Below, piece after piece: positions 16,059 to 24,869 of a DNA stretch of 36,196 bases; the stretch's first letter is position 1; every line of letters starts with the position of its first letter. The notes under the pieces were generated by a model. That model saw nothing but the letters and a program-made list of their open reading frames with translations, was not told the origin of the DNA and made no database searches. A program made the position numbers and the translations under genes. The DNA is from Bdellovibrionales bacterium (GTDB taxonomy: Bacteria; Bdellovibrionota; Bdellovibrionia; Bdellovibrionales; JAMPXM01), in NCBI GenBank assembly GCA_043716655.1, contig JAYSYF010000218.1:1-36196 (forward strand). Direction: 5' to 3'.

Positions 16059-18055
16059 TTAGATTCAGCGCTCTCGGATCGCCTGACTTCATCATCGCGA
16101 AGCCGACGAAGCGCAAGTCTTTCGATTTCTGCGCCAAGCGGAAGCCGTGCAGCAAGCAACGCCCAGAAAGCGTCGATTTCAAGTTCCATGCACAGGAGAT
16201 CGCTGTCAGCGACAACAGATGCCGTCCGACGACTTCCTGTTCGTAGTAATGCAATTTCTCCGAATGCGTCGCCGGCGCCCATTTCGTTTATTTTTCGACC
16301 TTGTTGTACGGCGCTCGCACGACCCTGCGCTATGAAATAGCACGTGTTGGCAGGAGAACCTTCAGTGAAGATGGCCTCCCCCGCTCGAAAAGTTTTTCGC
16401 GACCCTGCGAATATAAGCGTGTCCATTGCTTCTGAAGGAAGATCTTTGAGCATCGGATTTCCCGACAACGCCTGCAAAAGCCAAACACGAAATTGAAAGT
16501 CTTCGCTTGATGCAAAATCGAGATCTTTCATCATCGTCATATATGGAATTTCGAGAAGCCGTGAAGTCTCCATCGCAATGACATCGGCAGTCCGTGGGCT
16601 TGCGAAGAAGAACGCTGTTTCACCGAAGACCGCGCCGCCCGCCAAAACGGCCACTACTTTTCTTCGTCGCCCTTCGAAACTTTTTGCTACGCCAAGTTTG
16701 CCGCTTAGAACGATGTAAAGCGAACGATCCGTGTCGCCTTGTCGGCAAACTGCGACACCTGGCCGAAATTCAACGACACGTGCAGCACCGACAAGTTTTT
16801 TTCTTAAGAGCGCCGTCAGCTGACGCAAAACCGGAAGCTCGTTCCATGCTTCGCGATCGGCAGCTGCGACAGATAACACTTTTGTGCGAGTCGCCCAAAG
16901 TCTGCGTCGTTTGTTTCTTTTCGAAGAGCCCGGTAAATCGTGTCTGAAAAAAGGTTCTACATAAACCAACACTGCAAAAAAGGACGCAGCCACGAATATC
17001 GCAACAGAATAGAAGTGGCCCCGAATGAAACTCATGTCCGGATGGATTTTGATGCCGCCGATGATGATGTGTCCGAAAAATATCGCCGCGACGAGAATAG
17101 AAATGAATCCGCCAATTCGATGAAACGCTTCGACTTCGCGCAACTCATCTTCCTCGCGCCATATCAGAGGGGTGCGGTTCCAAACACGAAGCGATCTTGT
17201 CAGCTCGTTGCGAGTTGAAGGATGTGTAGAAAGTGCGACTGCAAAAAGACTTCCGATGAGAACGATCGACCACGTTGATGGCGGCGCATTGAGAAACGCA
17301 AATTTCGCGAACAACGTCACTGTTAAGGGCACCGTCGCTGCGCCAAAACATACTATGAAATCGGTCGCACGACGAAAAGCACCGGTTACCGTTTGGGGCT
17401 CGAAACGTAGGTGTGGTCCCAGCAAATCGATGACCCATTTCAACTCGCCGGCGTCTCCACCCATGTTTGAAGCGACGGCACGAAAACAAGCGACGCCGGT
17501 TCGACCGATCGTGCCACCAAGGAAAATTCCGAGGACGAGCAATAGTCCGGGATTCAGCGCATCGACTTCATTCGCATCGAACGATATTCCTATCAGCAAA
17601 ACTGAAAACGGAACCGAGAGCAAAACGAAGAGTGCCGTCATGAAATCAAAGGTTCGTGAATAGAACGGAATTTTCACTTGAGCCCGGCGGGCCCACGCCA
17701 TCACCGATCCAGAGTTTGAAACACCCGTCATAAGATCTTGAGGCCATTCGTATTCGCCGCGAATCGAATCGGCGAGTCGAACCACGCGAACATCATCGAT
17801 GAGATCATGATCGACAAGCAGGCAGAGAAAACTTGCGACTTCCAAAAAGATGCGCGAACTTTCGCCACGGCTTCGAAGTCGAAGACTCAAGTCGTAAATC
17901 GAAGCGCCGATTTTTACTTGATCCCACAAAAAGAAAAATCGTCGAGGAACGACAAGCCCGGCTCGATTCGCGAATTTTACGATGCGGCCGTCTGGTCCTT
18001 CGACTTCGCTGACGATTGCGGGTAGACGGATCGGTTCTTGTTCGACTGATAACAT
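16055..18055 (-). CDS. Membrane protein with two cyclic-nucleotide-binding domains
   Basis: Multi-TM middle region; two CNB cassettes FGETAFF...PRTADV and FGEIALL...RRTASV. Confidence 0.85.
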   Translation of the reverse strand: MLSVEQEPIRLPAIVSEVEGPDGRIVKFANRAGLVVPRRFFFLWDQVKIGASIYDLSLRLRSRGESSRIFLEVASFLCLLVDHDLIDDVRVVRLADSIRGEYEWPQDLMTGVSNSGSVMAWARRAQVKIPFYSRTFDFMTALFVLLSVPFSVLLIGISFDANEVDALNPGLLLVLGIFLGGTIGRTGVACFRAVASNMGGDAGELKWVIDLLGPHLRFEPQTVTGAFRRATDFIVCFGAATVPLTVTLFAKFAFLNAPPSTWSIVLIGSLFAVALSTHPSTRNELTRSLRVWNRTPLIWREEDELREVEAFHRIGGFISILVAAIFFGHIIIGGIKIHPDMSFIRGHFYSVAIFVAASFFAVLVYVEPFFRHDLPGSSKRNKRRRLWATRTKVLSVAAADREAWNELPVLRQLTALLRKKLVGAARVVEFRPGVAVCRQGDTDRSLYIVLSGKLGVAKSFEGRRRKVVAVLAGGAVFGETAFFFASPRTADVIAMETSRLLEIPYMTMMKDLDFASSEDFQFRVWLLQALSGNPMLKDLPSEAMDTLIFAGSRKTFRAGEAIFTEGSPANTCYFIAQGRASAVQQGRKINEMGAGDAFGEIALLRTGSRRTASVVADSDLLCMELEIDAFWALLAARLPLGAEIERLALRRLRDDEVRRSESAESN

Positions 18056-18078
18056 GTGGATAGTATCAACGTAAGAAT

Positions 18079-19302
18079 ATGATTACTCAAACGGTCAGCC
18101 CCGAAAAAGACGCAAAAAAGCGGGTTCTACGCGAGATCGGAACTTATTTTTTACGGCTGGGTGTTACTGGATTCGGCGGTCCCCTCGCTGTGGTCACACA
18201 GATGGAGCGTGACCTCGTTGGCCGCTGGATTTCTTCGATGGAATTTAGCCAGGTCTTCGCTGCAATCAAAACTATGCCGGGTCCGGTTGCGTTTCAAACG
18301 GCGGTGTTCCTTGGCCACGAGCGCGGCCGCCAGGAGAACGTAAAGGTTCTTGGCGCAACACTCGCCGGACTCTGCTTTCTTTTACCGTCCGTGATCCTGA
18401 TGTTGATCTTAGGATTAACACGCACTTCGTGGGGCGAATGGCAGTGGACTCGCTCAGCACTCGTAGGTCTTCAGGCCACAGCACTTGGACTTATCGTCGC
18501 CAGTATCATTCCCATTTCACGCAATGCGAAAACAACCGATGATGGCGAGCGAATGGCGAAATGGATTTTTGCGCTCTTCGGTTTCATCGTCACTCTTCTG
18601 CAACCATCCCTAGAACCGGTAGCGATTATCGCCTGCGGAGTACTTGCTCTGCGACCCAATCGTTCGAAACTCGTTTCGGTCAGTCTCGCTGCCGTTCCGA
18701 CCGCACTCGTCGGAGTTTCGATGTTCGATATTCACTCGACGCTTTTTTTGACGAGCTTAAAAGCGGGCTCATTGGTTTTCGGCAGTGGCCTCGCAATCAT
18801 CCCGCTTCTCGGCGGTGAGTTCGTCGACAAACTTCAGTGGATGACTCAGGCGGAGTTTCTAGAAGCACTCAGCTTCGGGCAAGTCACGCCCGGACCGGTT
18901 ATGGTCACCGTAACTTACATCGGAACTCGAATAGCTGGAATTAGCGGTGGCCTTATCGCGACGATTGGCGTTTTCCTCGTGCCCTACATTCATATGATAA
19001 CTTGGTTTCCGCGATTTTGGCGTCGCGTGAATCAAAGTGCGCAGTGGCATCGATTCAGCTTCGGAGCTTTGTCAGCCGTCATCGGCGCTCTCATTGCCAG
19101 CACGATTAAATTGATCGAACCGGTCTTTCTCTCTTTGCTCGAAATCGAAAAGTTGAATCTCAATCGCCCGGTCGTCACGGTGCTACTATGGATGGCACTC
19201 GCTCCGGCCGCGTTCTATTTGACGTACAAAAAGAAACGGCCCGCGTGGGCCGTTATCTTAGGCGGCGGTGTAATTTCCCTGCTCGCCCTTACTCTTATCT
19301 GA
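18079..19302 (+). CDS. chrA: Chromate efflux transporter, long-chain CHR family
   Basis: LGVTGFGGP, TMPGP, LVFGSG and GQVTPGP duplicated CHR motifs. Confidence 0.9.
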   Translation: MITQTVSPEKDAKKRVLREIGTYFLRLGVTGFGGPLAVVTQMERDLVGRWISSMEFSQVFAAIKTMPGPVAFQTAVFLGHERGRQENVKVLGATLAGLCFLLPSVILMLILGLTRTSWGEWQWTRSALVGLQATALGLIVASIIPISRNAKTTDDGERMAKWIFALFGFIVTLLQPSLEPVAIIACGVLALRPNRSKLVSVSLAAVPTALVGVSMFDIHSTLFLTSLKAGSLVFGSGLAIIPLLGGEFVDKLQWMTQAEFLEALSFGQVTPGPVMVTVTYIGTRIAGISGGLIATIGVFLVPYIHMITWFPRFWRRVNQSAQWHRFSFGALSAVIGALIASTIKLIEPVFLSLLEIEKLNLNRPVVTVLLWMALAPAAFYLTYKKKRPAWAVILGGGVISLLALTLI

Positions 19303-19309
19303 CGGAGTC

Positions 19310-20722
19310 CTACTCTTCGTCTGGCAGCTCGTCGTCGTCGACTTTGCCGAGGCTGAACTTTTCAACCCGGTAGCGCATCGATCTAAAAGTGATTCCCAGC
19401 AACTTCGCAGCTCGTTTTTTCACGCCGCTCGCCTGGTGAATTGCCTTCACCAAAAGTTCCTTCTCGAGTTGATCGAGAACTTTTTGAAGGTCGATGCCTT
19501 CGTCTGTGATCTCGATACCGTCAGAAGAAACCATCTTGCGACCGGTCGGAGTATTGACGAATTGCGGAAGCGATTCCGGTAACACCGTTGCACCTGATTC
19601 GAGCGCAACCGTTCGTTCGATGATGTTCTCGAGTTCTCGAACGTTTCCTGGAAAATCATACTTCTTCAAAAGATCCATCGCCTCTTTCGAGATCGTCTGA
19701 ATCGCTTTGTTGAATCGATCGCTGTACTTCTGAAGGAAGTGCGAAGCTAAAAGAGGAATGTCATCGCGACGCTCGCGAAGTGCAGGCGTGCGAATGTTGA
19801 TGACGTTCAGTCGATAGTACAAATCCTGACGGAACGTTCCGTGCGCAACCATGTGCTCGAGATCGCGATTCGTGGCCGCGATGATACGGACTTCAACTTT
19901 GATATCCTCAGTACCGCCGACACGACGAACCGTCTTCTCTTGGATAGCGCGCAGAATTCGCACCTGTGAACTCAAAGGCAATTCACCGATCTCGTCGAGA
20001 AACAGTGTGCCGCCGTCTGCGACTTCAAACAAACCGTCTTTATCCGACGAAGCGCCTGTGAACGAACCCTTTTTGTGACCGAAGAGTTCACTTTCAACGA
20101 GGTTCTCGGGAATAGCGCCGCAGTTGACCGAAACGAATGGCCGGTCTTTCAACGGACTGTTGTAGTGAATCGCTTTCGCGACCATTTCTTTTCCAGTACC
20201 GCTCTCGCCAGTAACCAAGACGTTGGTCGGGGAGTCCGACACCTTGCGAATCAGTTCAAAAATCTTATGCATCGCCTCGCTGTTTCCAACGAGATTTTGA
20301 AACGAGTATTCTTTTTGAAGCTCCTTACGGAGTACTCGGTTTTCAACTTCGAGATTGCGACTGCGAAGTGCGTTCGCGATGTTGATTCGCACTTCGTCGA
20401 TTTTGAACGGCTTCGTGATGTAATCGTACGCGCCCATTTTCATTGCTTCGACGGCGCTCTCGGCCGTTCCGAATGCAGTGATCATCATGAACAAAAGATC
20501 CGCGTAGTTCTCGCGGCAGTGCTTCAACAGCTCGATTCCCGTCACGTTCGGCATTTGCAAATCGGAGATCACGAGATCGAAAGATTTCTTTTTCAGAATA
20601 TCGATCGCCTTTTGACCGTCCTCAACGCAAGTGACGTCGTATCCTTCTTTGCGAAGCATGATGTCCAGAAACTCGCGAATTGATTCTTCATCGTCGACTA
20701 CCAAAATACGCGGCTTCACCAT
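19310..20722 (-). CDS. pilR: Sigma54-dependent response regulator PilR
   Basis: REC, GESGTGKE, GSFTGA, LFLDEIGE and C-terminal HTH; directly after pilS. Start taken at ATG 20722 (MVKPRILVVDDE). Confidence 0.88.
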   Translation of the reverse strand: MVKPRILVVDDEESIREFLDIMLRKEGYDVTCVEDGQKAIDILKKKSFDLVISDLQMPNVTGIELLKHCRENYADLLFMMITAFGTAESAVEAMKMGAYDYITKPFKIDEVRINIANALRSRNLEVENRVLRKELQKEYSFQNLVGNSEAMHKIFELIRKVSDSPTNVLVTGESGTGKEMVAKAIHYNSPLKDRPFVSVNCGAIPENLVESELFGHKKGSFTGASSDKDGLFEVADGGTLFLDEIGELPLSSQVRILRAIQEKTVRRVGGTEDIKVEVRIIAATNRDLEHMVAHGTFRQDLYYRLNVINIRTPALRERRDDIPLLASHFLQKYSDRFNKAIQTISKEAMDLLKKYDFPGNVRELENIIERTVALESGATVLPESLPQFVNTPTGRKMVSSDGIEITDEGIDLQKVLDQLEKELLVKAIHQASGVKKRAAKLLGITFRSMRYRVEKFSLGKVDDDELPDEE

Positions 20723-20727
20723 GACCC

Positions 20728-20785
20728 ACCATCGCACCAAAGGTGCGTGTTACCGTTAACCATCGCACCAAAGGTGCGTGTTACC
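20728..20785. repeat. Tandem 27-bp direct repeat (period 31) between pilS and pilR
   Basis: ACCATCGCACCAAAGGTGCGTGTTACC at 20728-20754 and 20759-20785; each copy contains the hairpin CGCACC-AAA-GGTGCG. Confidence 0.92.
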
Positions 20786-22514
20786 CATTTCCCGATCGCT
20801 TTTGTCCGCGAAAGGCCTTAGAAAAATCTTCGTTTGCCCTTTGAGAATCGGCAAGACTTAATTTGTCGACGCCTAGAGGATTGATCTTAAACTCCAATGT
20901 AAACTCGGTGCCGCTTCCCTTGGAACTCTCGACATAAATGCGACCCGAGTGATTCTCGATAATCTTGTGAGTAATGGCGAGACCTAGACCAGTCCCCTTC
21001 GGTTTCGTCGTGTGAAACGGCTCAAAAATTCGGCGTAAACCAATTTCGTCGATGCCACAGCCGTGATCACGGATTGTCACGACGACCGCGTTCTCGCGAT
21101 CCTCTGACTTTACTTCGATCGATGGGTCAACGGAGTCGCTCATCGCCTGGTAGGCGTTCATGATGATGTTAAGTACGGCCTGCTTCAATTTATCCCGGTG
21201 ACCAGGAATTGTCTGGACCGCCTTCAGGTCGACCACCTGTCGAACCTCAGACCGCAAAGATTTGTTCATCTTCGCCATCTCAAGTACGTCGCGCAAAACC
21301 ATGTTGATGTCGACGGGATCGTCTTTAATGAGTTCGGGTCTTACGAAGTCGAGGAATTCAGTAATGAGATTGTTCAGCCGATCGATTTCTCGAAGCGCAA
21401 TCCGCATCAGCTTTTTTTCTTCGGCCTGTTCGCTTGAGAATCCGGCATCAAGCATCTGAATGGATCCGCTCATACTTGCCAGAGGGTTACGAATTTCGTG
21501 AGCGATACCCGCCGCAAGCTGTCCGACCGCTGCCATCTTTTCACTCTGGCGCATGGCAAACTCGAGACGCCGAACGCGCGTCAGATCGTGAAACGTGACA
21601 ATGAAACCCTTGAGCTCGCTCTCGGCGGGCAACTGACTGACCACAAGTTCGAGAGTCTGCCGACCCTGCATTGGATTCTGGTGAATCCAGTCGATCCGCG
21701 CAGTTCGGTCGACACCGGTCGACCCGGCGTCCTGAATTTTTCGAAGCGCACTCTTCACGGTCTGCATCGAACCGGGAACAATCGAATCGAACATTCGACC
21801 GACGATTTCGGGCGGAATGGGATCAAGGATTTCGAAAGCCGCGCGATTCGCCTGCAGGCAAACACCTTTATCATCGACGGTGATGAGTCCCGTCGCCATG
21901 TTATCGACGATCAAAGCCTGAAGGTTTCTTAAGGCCCGTAAATCTTTTCCCTGCGCTTCGAGCGATCGACCCATGAAGTCGAGTTGCTCGCTTAAATAAC
22001 CTGCGAGACCGGCGACGGCGAAGAACGCGATGTTGTTAAGTCCAACAGCGAAAAACAGTGCCTGCCCACGCAATTCTGGGCCCATGATCATCAAGAAACT
22101 GAAAAGGATCGAAGTCCAAAGCGAAAGGATATTGGCGCCGCGCCGTTGGAAAACGAATCCGCAGAGGATGATGTTAACCAGATATAAAAACAGGAATATC
22201 GACTGGTTGACGCCAGTGAAGTGAATCAGCCCCGTGATGAAAAATGATTCGAAGAAAAACAGGAACGCCGTAACCGGCCACGAGTGCAACGCCTTGTCGA
22301 AGAAAACGATATAGATCGAGTGAATTGAGAAAGCGATCGCCATGAGGATGTAAACTGGAAGCAAAACTTCCGTGTTTACGAATTCAGGTTGGACCGCTTG
22401 AAAGCCCAATATGATAAGCAGGATTGCCAGATGGAATCCGAGTCGAACTGCTGCAATGACTGTCATAGGGGTTCGACTTCGCGAGAAATCGAATCCCTCT
22501 AGCTTACGCCCCAT
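20781..22514 (-). CDS. pilS: Sensor histidine kinase PilS
   Basis: About 6 N-terminal TM helices, PAS, AHEIRNPL, FEPFHTTKPKGTGLGL; lies between pilC and pilR. Confidence 0.88.
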   Translation of the reverse strand: MGRKLEGFDFSRSRTPMTVIAAVRLGFHLAILLIILGFQAVQPEFVNTEVLLPVYILMAIAFSIHSIYIVFFDKALHSWPVTAFLFFFESFFITGLIHFTGVNQSIFLFLYLVNIILCGFVFQRRGANILSLWTSILFSFLMIMGPELRGQALFFAVGLNNIAFFAVAGLAGYLSEQLDFMGRSLEAQGKDLRALRNLQALIVDNMATGLITVDDKGVCLQANRAAFEILDPIPPEIVGRMFDSIVPGSMQTVKSALRKIQDAGSTGVDRTARIDWIHQNPMQGRQTLELVVSQLPAESELKGFIVTFHDLTRVRRLEFAMRQSEKMAAVGQLAAGIAHEIRNPLASMSGSIQMLDAGFSSEQAEEKKLMRIALREIDRLNNLITEFLDFVRPELIKDDPVDINMVLRDVLEMAKMNKSLRSEVRQVVDLKAVQTIPGHRDKLKQAVLNIIMNAYQAMSDSVDPSIEVKSEDRENAVVVTIRDHGCGIDEIGLRRIFEPFHTTKPKGTGLGLAITHKIIENHSGRIYVESSKGSGTEFTLEFKINPLGVDKLSLADSQRANEDFSKAFRGQKRSGNG

Positions 22515-22539
22515 CGCACCTCTTGCTCATTCGAGGGCC

Positions 22540-23748
22540 CTATCCGACCGAGCCGGCCATGTTGAAGATCGGGAGGTACATCGCGATAACCATGACCGCA
22601 ACGATGCCGCCGAGTACGACCATAAGAATCGGTTCCATCACCGACGTTAAGGCGCCAACGGCAACGTCGACCTCATCTTCGTAGAAGTCGGCAACTTTGT
22701 TCAGCATCTGATCGATGTTTCCGGTTTGTTCACCGACGCCGATCATTTGCGTCACCATCTGCGGAATGTATTTTTCTTTCGATAGCGGCACGGTCAGCGA
22801 CTTACCTTCGGAAATTGCTTCTCGAGCTCGCAGCAAAGCGTTCTCGATCACGTGGTTGCCAGTAACCTTCGACGCGATCTCAAGAGCTTCCATAATCGAA
22901 ACACCCGAACTTAATAGAGTTGCGAGAGTCCGAGTGAATCGAGCTGTCGCGGACTTTTGAATAAGATCGCCAATAAACGGAAGATCAATGAGAATGGCAT
23001 CAATCGTCTTTTTACCTTCGTCTGTTCGGTAGTAGTTGATCAGAAGAAATACGCCGCCGCCAATACCGCCAATAATCGCCCACCAGTAGGACATGAAGAT
23101 TTTAGACATCGCGACAACCATTTTGGTTAGACCTGGAAGTTCTTGGCCCGAACTCGCGAAAACGGATTCAAACTTAGGAATAACGAACACGAGAAGACCC
23201 GCGACAACGACAAACGCGACAATCAAGATCGCGATCGGATAAACAAGCGCACCCTTAACCTGCGATTTAATCTTCACCGCTTTTTCGATGTAGACGGCAA
23301 GTCGGTTCAAAATCGCATCAATGTTACCGGATTCTTCTCCGGCCTTAACCATGTTGACGTAAAAGCGGTCGAAGACGAGCGGATGCTCGGCCATTGCTTC
23401 ACCAAAACGTCGACCTTGGTTAATATCGTTGATCATCGCCTTCATAGCGATGGACATGCCGGCACTACGATTCGATTGCGACAGAACTTCGAGTGACTGC
23501 AAGATTGGAATACCCGAGCTGAGCAAAGTTGAAAGCTGACGAGTAAAAATCTGAAGTTCTTTCGGCGGAACACTTTTACCGCCAATTTTCTTAGCGACCG
23601 AAACTTTTTGTTCGGATTGCGATAGCCGCATCGGCATCAATTTTTGTGCGCGTAGCTTTACTCGAGCCTCATTTTCAGAACCGGCTTCGAGCTCGCCTTT
23701 AAAAACTCGGCCCCGTCCGTCGCGAGCCTCAAACACATATCTACCCAT
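22540..23748 (-). CDS. pilC: Type IV pilus platform protein PilC (T2SSF family)
   Basis: FTRQLSTLLSSGIPI, AGEESGN, ALVYP and GEQTGNIDQML...EP motifs. Confidence 0.95.
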   Translation of the reverse strand: MGRYVFEARDGRGRVFKGELEAGSENEARVKLRAQKLMPMRLSQSEQKVSVAKKIGGKSVPPKELQIFTRQLSTLLSSGIPILQSLEVLSQSNRSAGMSIAMKAMINDINQGRRFGEAMAEHPLVFDRFYVNMVKAGEESGNIDAILNRLAVYIEKAVKIKSQVKGALVYPIAILIVAFVVVAGLLVFVIPKFESVFASSGQELPGLTKMVVAMSKIFMSYWWAIIGGIGGGVFLLINYYRTDEGKKTIDAILIDLPFIGDLIQKSATARFTRTLATLLSSGVSIMEALEIASKVTGNHVIENALLRAREAISEGKSLTVPLSKEKYIPQMVTQMIGVGEQTGNIDQMLNKVADFYEDEVDVAVGALTSVMEPILMVVLGGIVAVMVIAMYLPIFNMAGSVG

Positions 23749-24815
23749 TAGGCACCTGCTTGCTTGAGCATCTTCTCAAGCGACTCAAGGTTTGGAGATG
23801 CCTCGTACGCCGTTCGCAGATCTATCTTACGGCGAAGCACGAGCTGCACGAGACACTGGTTCATCGTCACCATGCCTGACTTCTCTTGTCCGACCTGCAT
23901 CAACGATTCGATTTGATGCAGCTTTCCTTCTCGTACCAAGTTTCGAATACCCGGAGTCATCAAAAGAAATTCGCACGCGACCGTTCGTCCGCCACCAAGT
24001 GCAGGCAACAGTCGCTGAGAGATCACTGCTTGAAGTGTAAAGGATAACTGAACGCGAACTCGTTCTTGCTGTTCTGCTGGGAAAACGCTCACAACCCGGT
24101 TGATGGTCGCGATGGCCGAGTTCGTATGCAGAGTTGCAAAGACCAAGTGGCCGGTTTCCGCCGTCACGAGAGCTGCGTCGATCGTTTCTAAATCTCGCAT
24201 TTCTCCTAGCAAAACCACATCAGGGTCTTGGCGCAAAAGATACTTCATCGCATCCTGATAAGACGCGCTGTCCATGCCGACTTCACGTTGATTCACGATA
24301 CAGTTTTTATGTGGGTGAATGAACTCGATCGGATCTTCTAGCGTGACGATGTGGCCGAAACTCTCTTGATTGATTTTATCAATCAATGAAGCGATGGTCG
24401 TCGACTTACCAGAGCCCGTAGGACCGGTGACTAGCACCAAGCCATATGGAAGCAAAGTTAGATCGCCAATTGCAGCCGGCATGGCGAGGTCCGTGAACCG
24501 AGGCATTGTAACCGGAACTTTTCGAAAAACACCCGAGACGGCGCCACGCTGGAAAAAGAGGTTCGCTCGAAAGCGGGCCATGTTTTTTACTTCGAACGAG
24601 AAGTCGAGCTCGCGCTCTTCTTCGAACTTCGCTTTTTGGTTATCACTCAGAACCGAATAGCAGAGCTTACGCGTAAGTTCTTTCGTAAGAACTTCCGTCT
24701 TAACCCTTACGATTCGACCATTCACACGCAGTGCCGGCTGGGAAGCCGCCACCAAATGCAAATCTGAAGCGCCTTGATCGGTCGCAAACTTCAGGAGTTG
24801 CAAAAGAGAAATCAT
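23748..24815 (-). CDS. pilT: Type IV pilus retraction ATPase PilT
   Basis: ASDLHL, GPTGSGKSTT, LRQDPDV, AETGHLVFATLHTN and GIRNLVRE (AIRNLIRE-type motif). Confidence 0.95.
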   Translation of the reverse strand: MISLLQLLKFATDQGASDLHLVAASQPALRVNGRIVRVKTEVLTKELTRKLCYSVLSDNQKAKFEEERELDFSFEVKNMARFRANLFFQRGAVSGVFRKVPVTMPRFTDLAMPAAIGDLTLLPYGLVLVTGPTGSGKSTTIASLIDKINQESFGHIVTLEDPIEFIHPHKNCIVNQREVGMDSASYQDAMKYLLRQDPDVVLLGEMRDLETIDAALVTAETGHLVFATLHTNSAIATINRVVSVFPAEQQERVRVQLSFTLQAVISQRLLPALGGGRTVACEFLLMTPGIRNLVREGKLHQIESLMQVGQEKSGMVTMNQCLVQLVLRRKIDLRTAYEASPNLESLEKMLKQAGA

Positions 24816-24869
24816 CGTTCAGTGTCTCCGTCGTACCATCGTGTTGCTAAATCTCGGACCGGTAAGCTT

